Positions 25,925-35,862 of a stretch of 64,000 nt of DNA are shown here, piece after piece; within the stretch, counting starts at the first letter, position 1; every line of letters begins with the position of its first letter. Location: the IMG/VR virus record IMGVR_UViG_3300021197_001233, positions 218-64,217 of that record; one strand, written 5' to 3'. The position numbers were made by a program, and so were the translations under genes. The stretch is from a virus (taxonomy: Duplodnaviria; Caudoviricetes). The notes under the pieces are model-generated. The model saw only the letters and a list, made by a program, of their open reading frames with translations, was not told where the DNA came from and searched no databases.

Positions 25925-26764
25925 ATGGCACAACAAACTAGACGGTCTCCTGGAAGACCTAAAAAGGTCCAGGCAGAAGAGATTCAGACTGAAGTCGCTG
26001 AGGCACCTAAGCCAAAGAAGAAGTCTGTAATCAGGCGCAAAGAGAACCTCAATACTGTTGCTGAGTACGAGATCCAGCGCGGCGGTGGGGTAGCTTACAT
26101 GCTTCCTCAAAAGGGTGTAACGGTGTTTGACGAAGAGAACAACACCGTAAGAGAGATGCGGTACTGTCCTAATGAGCCATCTATTTATGTGGATGAGCAG
26201 AGTGACAACGCGATCAAGGAATCTGTTGTCTTTAGGGAGGGGCACCTTTTTGTCCCTAAAAACAAGCCAAACCTAAAGGAGTTTCTTGACAAGCACCCAT
26301 TTAACGTAGGTAACGCTGGCCACATCTTCAAACTCGTAGACAAGAAGCGCGATGCAGAGGCAGAGCTCGTTAAAGAGTTCAAGGCTTCTGAAGCCATCGG
26401 CATGGTAAGAGACAAGGATATTAACGAACTTCTACCTATTGCTCTCTACTTCAAGATTAACATCAATGTTCCGACATCGGAAATTAGATACAATCTGTTG
26501 AATGTTGCAAAAAAGAAGCCACAGGAATTTATTGAGTCGTTTGATTCACCACAGGTACAGGCTAGATCTGTTATTCAGCAGGCAAAGGATTATCAAATCA
26601 TTGGCCTTAAGGAGGACAGATGTTTCTGGTTCGATAGCAAGTCAATGATAGTGAGCGTGCCAGCGGGACAAAACCCAACGGACGTTATGGTTCGATATTG
26701 CCTAACCGAGAAGGGCGCGCCTGTTTTAGCAGAGCTAGAGCAGCAGCTTGAGAAGCTTGCCTAA
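25925..26764 (+). CDS. conserved structural-module protein
   Basis: REMRYCPNEPSIYVDEQ...VFREGHLFVPK...FLDKHP. Confidence 0.7.
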   Translation: MAQQTRRSPGRPKKVQAEEIQTEVAEAPKPKKKSVIRRKENLNTVAEYEIQRGGGVAYMLPQKGVTVFDEENNTVREMRYCPNEPSIYVDEQSDNAIKESVVFREGHLFVPKNKPNLKEFLDKHPFNVGNAGHIFKLVDKKRDAEAELVKEFKASEAIGMVRDKDINELLPIALYFKININVPTSEIRYNLLNVAKKKPQEFIESFDSPQVQARSVIQQAKDYQIIGLKEDRCFWFDSKSMIVSVPAGQNPTDVMVRYCLTEKGAPVLAELEQQLEKLA

Positions 26765-26769
26765 CAGAT

Positions 26770-26799
26770 AGCCGCCCTTCGGGGCGGCTTTTTGTTTTT
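26770..26799 (+). terminator. intrinsic terminator
   Basis: agccgccc-ttcg-gggcggct plus T tract. Confidence 0.85.
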
Positions 26800-26813
26800 C
26801 GTATATTTGCCTT

Positions 26814-27611
26814 ATGATAAGCGTTATTGACGTATACAGAACCCTCGTTGATTATTGCAACAAGGATCAGAAGGGTTTTGTCACACCCGAAGTGTTCAAT
26901 TCGTTTGCGTCCTTAGCCCAGAAAAAGATCTACAACTCATTCTTTTCTGCTGTAGCTACAGCCAAGGGTGTCCGCTTGAACCAAACAGACGGAAGCAGAG
27001 AGTTCTCTACGAACAAATTCATCAAAGAGGACCTGTCTAGATACATTAAAAAGGTGCGTCTTGCGTCTTACTCAGTGGGCAATCAATACGGATATGACAG
27101 CCCCTCTGACGGCCCACAGCCTACCACAAACACATCTGGGGTAATTGGGTCATCTAGATTTAAAAAACCAAAGGATTTAGGTAGGATTATATCCCTGTCA
27201 AATCAATACAAGAACCTGGTTGAGCTCGTCTATAACGACGACGATATAAACAACATCCTCAGGAGCAATCTATCTAGACCAAGTGTAAACTTTCCAGTTG
27301 CACTTATTGGTAAGGACATCGAGGTGTTCCCTAGTGACGCGACAAACGGGGAGCTGTCGCCAGAGGTCATCACTATGTCGTACTACAGACAGCCTAGATC
27401 GGTATACGTAATGGGATATGGTGAATATGCATCAGGTGACGTGGATGGGAGCAGTGAGCCTGGGTATGTAGAGAAAGCAAACGCTCCAGATCCAATAAAT
27501 TGTAGAGACTTCGATCTGCCCGAGCACTATAAGAATGAGCTCGTAGAGACCATTGCTGCATATATCGGGATCAGATTGAGAGATCCAATTCTTCAAAACA
27601 AACCACAGTAA
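26814..27611 (+). CDS. tail ring/head-tail adaptor protein
   Basis: VYRTL...NKDQKGFVTPEVFN..A..AQ; YYRQP; DFDLPE...YIGIRLRD. Confidence 0.7.
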   Translation: MISVIDVYRTLVDYCNKDQKGFVTPEVFNSFASLAQKKIYNSFFSAVATAKGVRLNQTDGSREFSTNKFIKEDLSRYIKKVRLASYSVGNQYGYDSPSDGPQPTTNTSGVIGSSRFKKPKDLGRIISLSNQYKNLVELVYNDDDINNILRSNLSRPSVNFPVALIGKDIEVFPSDATNGELSPEVITMSYYRQPRSVYVMGYGEYASGDVDGSSEPGYVEKANAPDPINCRDFDLPEHYKNELVETIAAYIGIRLRDPILQNKPQ

Positions 27612-28495
27612 TGGCTATACCTAGAAACGGTCATAACAACGGTCACAATTACATCTCATTGAGAGAGGTTATTGCTGACTACATGCTCACCATGGACGAG
27701 GACGACTACGCCTCATCTGCGACAGAGTACGCCATAAGGAATATGGCCCTGCGTGGTATTAGAGAGTTTGGCTTTGATGTCCAGCCATCTGTTAGGTCTT
27801 TGAAAAGAACTTTGCAGTCCAATAACACAATTATCCTACCAGATGATTTTGTTGATGTGATTAAGATCGGCACCGTGGATGAGAACGGTATTGTTAGAGC
27901 CTTTGCCGAAAACAAAAACCTGAACATCTCTCAGGCATACAACACTGACGGGGATATTGTAAATCAAAGCCTACAGCTTGGACTTGACGATCATCGGAGC
28001 AAAGGCAATAGAAGGCCCATACCAGACAACAAACTTCAAAACAGAAAGGATGATCTGACTGCTACTAATTCAGAGGCCAATAACGAAGATATCGACTGGT
28101 ACATCTTTGAGAACTATCTGTATCAAGGAAGTCTTGGCAGAATGTATGGGTTAGGCGGTGGAAAGCTTAGAGGTACATACCGCATCAACTACGATCAGAA
28201 CAGAATTGAGATTGACTCTGAGGCTGGCGTAACAGAGGTCGTTATAGAGTACATCTCTGACTCGGCGAGGTCTACGGACCCTGTGGTTCACGTATACGCT
28301 GAGGAGGCTCTTAGGGCCTTCATATACTATAAGATTGTAGAGCGCAAGAGCTCTGTCCCAGCTGGAGAAAAGCAGCGGGCTAGACAGGAGTATTACAACG
28401 AGCGAAGAAAGGCTCGTGCTAGACTCAGCAACTTCTCGAAGACTGAGGCCATGAATGTAATTAGAAGAAACTTTAAGCTAGTACCCAAGTACTAA
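27611..28495 (+). CDS. tail ring/tubular protein
   Basis: RGIREFGFD...LPDDFVD...VIEYISD...VHVYAEEALRAFI. Confidence 0.7.
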   Translation: MAIPRNGHNNGHNYISLREVIADYMLTMDEDDYASSATEYAIRNMALRGIREFGFDVQPSVRSLKRTLQSNNTIILPDDFVDVIKIGTVDENGIVRAFAENKNLNISQAYNTDGDIVNQSLQLGLDDHRSKGNRRPIPDNKLQNRKDDLTATNSEANNEDIDWYIFENYLYQGSLGRMYGLGGGKLRGTYRINYDQNRIEIDSEAGVTEVVIEYISDSARSTDPVVHVYAEEALRAFIYYKIVERKSSVPAGEKQRARQEYYNERRKARARLSNFSKTEAMNVIRRNFKLVPKY

Positions 28496-31400
28496 TGATT
28501 GAAAAGAAAAGACCCAGGAAGCTCAACTCTTCGAAAGACTCAAGAGTGCGGGGCGCAGACGAGATGTACGATGCGCTGAATGTGCAGGTATCTTCTGATT
28601 ACGATGGCGCTGGATCTGATGCTGACGGAAACGCTGGAGGTAATGTTGGTGTTCTTAAGCCAGCATACGGGAACTCTGTAAATCAGTATTTTGAGCAGTT
28701 TTCTGAGCAGAGCTTTGAGCGTTCTAGCTCCCTGAAAGTTCTGGGTAATGTAGTGGACGACGAGAATGATGTCATTTACTATTTTGTATGGTCGTCTGTT
28801 CCTAAGGAGCAAGGTATCTACGCCTACGACCCAAAGGGATTCCTTCCCGACGTCTCAGGTAACAGCAACATGATTAAGGTGGTGTATAAGTCACCGCTTC
28901 TAAACTTCCCATCTGACGGTTTCGTGAAGGGGGACGTTGTTGTCATTCAGGATGAGGGCGATGAGAACCAAAAGGTTAAGCCCGTCATCTATTTTACCGA
29001 TGGAGTAAACGAGCCGAGAAGCATAAATGTTTTCCTTGCCTACAATAAGGTAAGGAACCGCATGACCCCTGGTGACGGAGGGGTTCAGTCTTCGAACACT
29101 TTCGCTGATGATCACTTCGATCAGCAGGACTTTATTCATGCGTGCCCCAAGACTCCAGTACACCCCCCTAAGGCTTTTTTTAGGAATGATCCTAACAGTA
29201 GGTCGTCAAATTTTGAGGGTATTTCTGGATATCAGTTCGCATATCAGTATATCTACAAGGGAGGTGAAGAGTCTGCCCTTTCTACCTACTCAGATATTAT
29301 CATACCACCAGCCTATCTACAGCAGGGGGCTAAATCATCTGCGAATCTTAGCCAGACGAATGAGTGCGTCATTAAGATCCCTAGAGGCTCTGTCAAGGAC
29401 CCTGCCAGTGTCGACGCCAACGGCTATCTCACTGGTAGTGTTATTGCTGATGCGACCTCAGCCAACTCTATCATAAATAGGTACTTGCCCCGTAACGTAG
29501 AGAAGATTCGTATCCTTGTCAGAGAGGGGAATAGGGGGGCATTTAGCGTAGTAGAAACCATTCCTTCTGGAGTTGACGACTTCGTAACAACTAGTGATGG
29601 TCAGGACCCCAGAGGGCTGTATACGGACCTTCAGTACATATTTAGAAACGATAGAGTAAAGACTGGATTCTCCAAGGACGAAGCCAATAAGCCGTTCGAT
29701 AGCGTACCTCAAGTTGCTGGCGCTCAGACAGTTGCGTCAAATAGGCTTATGTATGGGGACTATGTCACAGGCTACGACAACGTGGACGTATCAGCGTCTG
29801 CTACAATTACGTACAATTCTAGGCCAGAGGATTTTAAAAGCATTGACATCACTGTCCGCCCAACCATTGACCTCCTGGATCAGGATCTTAGCGTAAACAA
29901 CAGGAGATCTGGGATCTATTTTGACGTAGACAACTTCCCAGCCGATAATATCGGGCTATCTGACGACTCTACCGTTGACGTTACAATAACCGTAAGGCCT
30001 AAGAGGAACTGGCACATATACAACGCCAATAACTCGTTCCACGGGTCTAGACATATTGGAAACCTAAGCCCAAACGTCATTGAGGATAACAACACTCAAA
30101 ATCCAGGCAACCCATCGACGACCATTCAGCCTTATCAGGTCTCTCCCAACCTTGCAAGCGACGGGGTAGACGGTGTGGATGGCGTAACTGGTGAGCCTGG
30201 TACTTTTGGGTCAAGTAGGTCAAGAACAAACTTAAGCTCAAACCATAGCCTTGATACAATTTGGGGGGCCAATAATGGGGTTACTTTGGGCCCCTCTAAC
30301 CCCAAGTGGAAGACGGTGGCGTCTCAGCACGATGTAGACCCAAATGAAGACGGCACTCTTAGTACCTCGACAATCATCTCTGGATCTAACTCTGAGGTTC
30401 CTGTCAGATACGGTACATCAGCCGCTAACCCTTTTATCCTTAGGGGAAGACCGCTTCTTTTTAGCGTAAGCATTAAGTTGAAGTCCAACATAAGCGGAAG
30501 TAACTACAAGAAGCTGCTTAGAGACTTTATATCAAGGGCGATGACGTGGGACAGGGATGCGGTAGACGCTAACGGAGACCCCCTGTACCCGAGAGAGGTG
30601 CAGTTTAATGGTACGTTTTATGATTCAAATGGAGTGTCCCCGTACTTCGAGATCCTTGATATCAAGAACGATTACTCCTACACAATCGACGAAGGACTGG
30701 ACGGGGGCAACGCCAATAGCACAATAGAGGACGTAACTGGTGGCGCAAATAAGATCAACGTAACCACAAAGGGGGACGATAGAAAGCATTTGATTGTTGC
30801 TGTCGGAAATGGCAATATCGTAAAGGAGGGGGCGAACCCTGCCGACCTGCGCTACTTGCCACCGTGTGGCTACTTTATAGTGAATAGAGCCACCCCCACC
30901 TTTAGGCTTACGTCTCGCGACGATATTGACCCTACAGCGACGTATGGGGTCCTTCAGCTAGACCTAAGGTCTCTTAACGATGTAGAGACTCTTACCTGTG
31001 TCCCATTCGTTGATGCTGACCTGTGGGAGGATAAGGGCATGAAGCTCAGGAATGTTCCCGAGGCGGGAAGTGGATTTGGAACCATTTTTAACCCAGGAAA
31101 TGCGGAGGAGATTGCTCAAGGTCAATCTAACCAACCAAGGGGTCCTGAGGGCACGGTATATTGGTGGAACTCTGGCATATTTAACTCTGGCAGATTTAGC
31201 GACCCTGACAACTGGGGGCTGAGGGATGTTACTGTGTGGCAGTTTCAGACAATGGTGATCGACTCGTGGTGGTGCTTCTCCAAGGAGTACCTGGTGAGAA
31301 AGCCGATTCCAGAGTTCTTGTTTACACCGCTATACTCCGACTATAAGAGAATATCAAATGGTTTTACTAGTGCCACAGAAGCGACGGCGGCGGACATTGA

Positions 31401-34400
31401 AGGGGTCAGTGCTGGCGATGCCGTGGGCGCCCCAGGAGATCTTAGCGTTGACACCACAAATAACGGGGTACTTAGAAACGCTGCTGTAGTAAAGCAGGGT
31501 CATATCGAAAAGCTTGTCCACGAGAACCAGCTTGGCGTGGGAGGGGATGAGATGAGCACTGGAGGGTTTGGCGATGGTGTAGATTCCCCAGAGCTTCTTG
31601 GATTTTTGCACTTTAGGCACAATATGCGCCTTCGCGTAGGAGGTGATGGTTTTTACCCAGCCATTCAAAATACGGACCTTGGCGCGTATACTGGTGAAGG
31701 AGGAGCCCATTATGGTTTGTTGGGTCTAAAAAATAAGTACGATAAAACAAGAGCAAGGATTGTAGGGTGGATTGACAGCGGTCTGGGATATATCGGAGAC
31801 AACTCTGCAAACATATACAACACAGGCGGCGTCAATCAGCCCACCAACAACCCTGATCGCTGGAATAGTGGATTTACAATCCTTGACGGTGCGGGAGGTA
31901 TTGGTGGAAACCCCACGGGTGGCGAGGCCATGCTTAGATATGACGCGGGTAAGTCCTGCGCCATGGGCACTGTCAATGGGATGATGCTGTTTACGGGGTA
32001 CATAGGACCTAGAGACACGGTACTCCCCTCTAAGATTAAGGACGGGACAAAGCCCCCATTTGATCTTGATGCCCCTACACTGATTTTTTATAACGATAGA
32101 TTTAGCAACTACTTCAATAAGTTCGGTCAGGACAGCATGATGGCGTTCCTTGGGCAGTTCAACTATACGTCCCTGAGCAATGCAGGCGGGTTTACCTGGG
32201 CGCCAGGCGGCATATTCCCCAACCCTCTTACGAAATCACTGTACTATACCTCGCCGCTTGATTTAGGGCTCGGGGACCAGGGGCAAAACATTCTTGACGA
32301 GGACAACTTTCAAAACCATGATTGGAGGGATGATTATAGGGATCAGGTCGTGCGCAATCAGCCCGTCGTTGAGATTCTTGATGTAGGTGGTGGTACTGTC
32401 CTTGCCGACGAAATACGGTCTGGAGGCAGGTCCTTTAAGACTAAGGCCAATCATTCCTTTGGCATTGTGTTCTATGATGAGAGAGGTCGTGCTGGCCGCG
32501 TCAATCCGATAAAGATAGACGGGAGCAGTTCCCTGTTTGTAGAGGGGTATGACGGAAGGGACAGTGACGAATTGGCTGGTAGGGTGTCTATCAAGCTCAA
32601 GCTTGACGACGTGGTGGAGAGGGTCCCCGACTGGGCCCGTCATTATCAGATCGTATATGCTGGCAACTCCACGTACTCAAACTTTATTCAGTACTCTGCA
32701 GGGGGCGCCTTTGTTGGCACCTTCAACGAGGGGGAGGCTGAGCAGGATAGTCAAAACATATATGTGTCTTTGAACTACCTGCAGGGAAACAAGGATGTGT
32801 CGTATACCGAATCGTTCGGTGCTGTATCTCCATCTGGCACTAAGCAGATGTATGTCCACAGCCCAGGCGATAAGCTCAGGGTTATATCATACTTTGTGTC
32901 AAACCCGATTGATGAGAATGGAGACATCACTGGGAGGGTGTACCCTAGAGACTATGAGTTTGAAATAGTAGGTGTTGAAAATCTTTCAGGCAACCCAGAG
33001 ATCAACCCTCTCCGCAGAACGTTCACCGACTCCTCTGACTCCGCAGTTATGTCTGACGCGAAGACTGGTCAGTTCCTTGTCCTCAAGAATAACCCTTTTG
33101 CGGCTGGATTCTCGTATGACGATGTAAAGAATGGTGAGAATGACCCATCGTCGAACAAGCACTTCTGGAACAGTATCTGCGTAGTTGAGATATACTCGCC
33201 ATCTCAAGAGGTTGCGGATGAAGAGCAGAGGCTGTACTACGAGATTGGCCAGGTGTATGACATCGGCATCTCTGACGGGAATGTTGTAAGCGGCTCTGAC
33301 GGGGCCACAGTAATGGATTCTGGTAGGCCATACTACAAGACTAACCCTGTGCTTCTTGAGAAGGGGGACGTATGGTTTAGGCGAGTGCCTATGGCGGTGC
33401 CTAAGTTTGATACCGATCCAGACTCTGAGACGTTTGGTAGGTTTAGGAACTTGATTACATACGATAAGGATAACGAGGTGGGCAGCACCCCAAGGTTCCA
33501 GAACTATTTCCTTGAGACAGAGGCGTTTAACGACACCTTCTCTGGGAATGATGTACTGTCTAGAGGTAAGCCAAACATCATAGACGACGAGTTCGGCAGA
33601 AGCAGAAAGAAGGGGTCTATCGCGTTCTCCGATAAGCACGTATACGATAAGTCCAAGCTTCGCTTCTCTTCATTTAAGGAGAACAGCTTCAAGGACTTCC
33701 CTTCTGAGCACGGACCAATTCGGTACTTGATGGACAATTACGATTCTATCGTGATGATTCAAGAGAGAAAGACCAGTGCCATTCCAGTTGAAAGATCTAT
33801 TCTCAGCACCGCCGACGGGTCAAATAGCCTCGTACAGAGCAAGGAGCCGCTCGGTGTTCAGAGCTTCTACGCTGGCGACTACGGGTGCGACAAAAACCCA
33901 GAGTCGGTAATCAGGGCTGGGGGCGCGATATACTTTGCATCGCCCAAGTCCGCCGAGGTATACCGCCTCTCTATTGGCGGCGGCATCGAGGTCATCTCAT
34001 CTATCGGTCTTAAGTCAGAGTTCTACAAGACGTTTAGATATGTAAATAGCTCTGCTGGCGCTAACGAAAGAGTTTACGTACCAACGGGTTATGACCCAGT
34101 AAATGACGAGTTCCTTATCACCATTAGAAAGGAGTCGTTTACAGCCCCTTCGGGACCTGTTGAGACCCAGGGAGTCATAGGCCCTGTGGCTGAGGACACA
34201 AATGATGATGTGTTTGGGGGTGTAGATGAAGTTATCTCAGGTTGCACATACATTGCCTCTCCTAACTTCAACCCTTTTGCTCTTGAGGATGATGGGAACT
34301 GCTTCGTTTTAGGTTGTACTGACCCCATATCTCTTAACTACACGCAATCTCCGCAGTTGGGGGTTGAGGTTATATTATGTGATTCTGGCTCGACCACCTT

Positions 34401-35853
34401 GGTGGGAAAAGAGTATTATAACAATCCGTTTGATTGTGCCTGCAGATACTTTAACCCGTGCATCTTTGACGCATTCTCTTTGTTGCCTGACGGCAAGGTT
34501 AATTACAGCGACGTAAATGAGTTCCTTGGTCTGCTAAGTAACTCAACGTTTACTGTGCCAGATATTCCAAATGAGTATTTCCCAAATAATGCTCAGCAGC
34601 TGTTTGCCACTGGGGTTATAAACAACTTAGGCCTTGACTTTATGTGGACTGCAGGCTTGGCCGTTCAGCCACCAGCGTCTCTTGCTGGTCAGCCGTCTAC
34701 ATCGTGGAACTTTTCAAATGACACATTTGACAGTGTGGCATATAGATTCGCTGTCGCGGCGTACACTGAAGGTCCATCTGCTGCAGAGATGCAGGATTAC
34801 TACAGCAACTCTGGAGATCCAGCGTATACAGGCAGTATTGAAGAAATTTGGGCTCAATCTCCAGACGTTGAGTGGATGGACACTTACTGGAGAGACGTCA
34901 ATGAAGACGTACCTATCTGGCAGGCATCATGGCACCAGGCCAACCACGTCACACTTAGCGGAGGTGACGATCTTTCTACCTTTAACGGGGCTCCAGAGGG
35001 TTGCGTGTACATTGGATGTACCGACAATGTGGTGCCTGCCCTGAACTACGACCCTCTTGCGGACGCTAACAACCCCTGCGGGCAATCCGTCGTCGGCCCT
35101 GGAAATGATTTATTTAGGACCCCGACAGATGAAAACGGAAATTGCCCAGACGGGCTATCTGAGTGTTGTGAGCCTGGTGAATGCTACACTCCATTTGAGT
35201 GTCTTGAATGTGGGAACCCATGTTTAGATACTCCCGTGTTCCATACGTTCCCTTGCGCGGACAACCCTGTGAGTCCGCTTATGGGCTATACTAATGTCAA
35301 TCCAAATGATGATACCTATGGATTGGGTAGCTTTATAACGAGTGAGCTTGGTTCATTCCCTAACGCAGATTATACATTTACGCAGGACGCTAGCAACCCA
35401 GCGGGCATGCCTGTCGGCTCTCTGTTCGCCACAAGTCAGGCCGCCCTACAGGAGCTTAGAGACCTTGTGAGCATGCACTACCAGCAGTATCAGACCAACT
35501 GCGTGTCAGATGCGACGCAGTTTGTTGGGACTTACTACACTGAGAATGTACCATGTGACGACACCTACAACCCGCCGCCGACTGCTCCGATTGATTACTA
35601 CTACTGGATTGACTGCTGTCAATACAAGTGCCAGGGTAACTATCCAACGAACGCAAGCGGGGCTATGGACAACACGGGTAACGCTGATGACTCTCTTAGA
35701 ACTGAAGATTTTGTGCTTCCTCTGGGTGGTGGTACGGGTATTCCTCCATGCTACAATGGCGACTATCCATCTACAGACTATAGCGTGGGGGATCTAAACC
35801 CAGACTTTGACTACAATCCTAACGTAAGCGGTAATCAGCCACAGGACGACTAA
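28495..35853 (+). CDS. large tail nozzle/muzzle-like protein, N-terminal part, with Cys-rich extension
   Basis: YDALNV, IYFTDG.NEPRSIN, YQFAYQY.Y..GEESALS, NRLMYGDY, KTKANHSFGIVFYDERGR, YGCDKNPES, GYDPVNDEF. Confidence 0.75.
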   Translation: MIEKKRPRKLNSSKDSRVRGADEMYDALNVQVSSDYDGAGSDADGNAGGNVGVLKPAYGNSVNQYFEQFSEQSFERSSSLKVLGNVVDDENDVIYYFVWSSVPKEQGIYAYDPKGFLPDVSGNSNMIKVVYKSPLLNFPSDGFVKGDVVVIQDEGDENQKVKPVIYFTDGVNEPRSINVFLAYNKVRNRMTPGDGGVQSSNTFADDHFDQQDFIHACPKTPVHPPKAFFRNDPNSRSSNFEGISGYQFAYQYIYKGGEESALSTYSDIIIPPAYLQQGAKSSANLSQTNECVIKIPRGSVKDPASVDANGYLTGSVIADATSANSIINRYLPRNVEKIRILVREGNRGAFSVVETIPSGVDDFVTTSDGQDPRGLYTDLQYIFRNDRVKTGFSKDEANKPFDSVPQVAGAQTVASNRLMYGDYVTGYDNVDVSASATITYNSRPEDFKSIDITVRPTIDLLDQDLSVNNRRSGIYFDVDNFPADNIGLSDDSTVDVTITVRPKRNWHIYNANNSFHGSRHIGNLSPNVIEDNNTQNPGNPSTTIQPYQVSPNLASDGVDGVDGVTGEPGTFGSSRSRTNLSSNHSLDTIWGANNGVTLGPSNPKWKTVASQHDVDPNEDGTLSTSTIISGSNSEVPVRYGTSAANPFILRGRPLLFSVSIKLKSNISGSNYKKLLRDFISRAMTWDRDAVDANGDPLYPREVQFNGTFYDSNGVSPYFEILDIKNDYSYTIDEGLDGGNANSTIEDVTGGANKINVTTKGDDRKHLIVAVGNGNIVKEGANPADLRYLPPCGYFIVNRATPTFRLTSRDDIDPTATYGVLQLDLRSLNDVETLTCVPFVDADLWEDKGMKLRNVPEAGSGFGTIFNPGNAEEIAQGQSNQPRGPEGTVYWWNSGIFNSGRFSDPDNWGLRDVTVWQFQTMVIDSWWCFSKEYLVRKPIPEFLFTPLYSDYKRISNGFTSATEATAADIEGVSAGDAVGAPGDLSVDTTNNGVLRNAAVVKQGHIEKLVHENQLGVGGDEMSTGGFGDGVDSPELLGFLHFRHNMRLRVGGDGFYPAIQNTDLGAYTGEGGAHYGLLGLKNKYDKTRARIVGWIDSGLGYIGDNSANIYNTGGVNQPTNNPDRWNSGFTILDGAGGIGGNPTGGEAMLRYDAGKSCAMGTVNGMMLFTGYIGPRDTVLPSKIKDGTKPPFDLDAPTLIFYNDRFSNYFNKFGQDSMMAFLGQFNYTSLSNAGGFTWAPGGIFPNPLTKSLYYTSPLDLGLGDQGQNILDEDNFQNHDWRDDYRDQVVRNQPVVEILDVGGGTVLADEIRSGGRSFKTKANHSFGIVFYDERGRAGRVNPIKIDGSSSLFVEGYDGRDSDELAGRVSIKLKLDDVVERVPDWARHYQIVYAGNSTYSNFIQYSAGGAFVGTFNEGEAEQDSQNIYVSLNYLQGNKDVSYTESFGAVSPSGTKQMYVHSPGDKLRVISYFVSNPIDENGDITGRVYPRDYEFEIVGVENLSGNPEINPLRRTFTDSSDSAVMSDAKTGQFLVLKNNPFAAGFSYDDVKNGENDPSSNKHFWNSICVVEIYSPSQEVADEEQRLYYEIGQVYDIGISDGNVVSGSDGATVMDSGRPYYKTNPVLLEKGDVWFRRVPMAVPKFDTDPDSETFGRFRNLITYDKDNEVGSTPRFQNYFLETEAFNDTFSGNDVLSRGKPNIIDDEFGRSRKKGSIAFSDKHVYDKSKLRFSSFKENSFKDFPSEHGPIRYLMDNYDSIVMIQERKTSAIPVERSILSTADGSNSLVQSKEPLGVQSFYAGDYGCDKNPESVIRAGGAIYFASPKSAEVYRLSIGGGIEVISSIGLKSEFYKTFRYVNSSAGANERVYVPTGYDPVNDEFLITIRKESFTAPSGPVETQGVIGPVAEDTNDDVFGGVDEVISGCTYIASPNFNPFALEDDGNCFVLGCTDPISLNYTQSPQLGVEVILCDSGSTTLVGKEYYNNPFDCACRYFNPCIFDAFSLLPDGKVNYSDVNEFLGLLSNSTFTVPDIPNEYFPNNAQQLFATGVINNLGLDFMWTAGLAVQPPASLAGQPSTSWNFSNDTFDSVAYRFAVAAYTEGPSAAEMQDYYSNSGDPAYTGSIEEIWAQSPDVEWMDTYWRDVNEDVPIWQASWHQANHVTLSGGDDLSTFNGAPEGCVYIGCTDNVVPALNYDPLADANNPCGQSVVGPGNDLFRTPTDENGNCPDGLSECCEPGECYTPFECLECGNPCLDTPVFHTFPCADNPVSPLMGYTNVNPNDDTYGLGSFITSELGSFPNADYTFTQDASNPAGMPVGSLFATSQAALQELRDLVSMHYQQYQTNCVSDATQFVGTYYTENVPCDDTYNPPPTAPIDYYYWIDCCQYKCQGNYPTNASGAMDNTGNADDSLRTEDFVLPLGGGTGIPPCYNGDYPSTDYSVGDLNPDFDYNPNVSGNQPQDD

Positions 35854-35862
35854 CACGAAAAG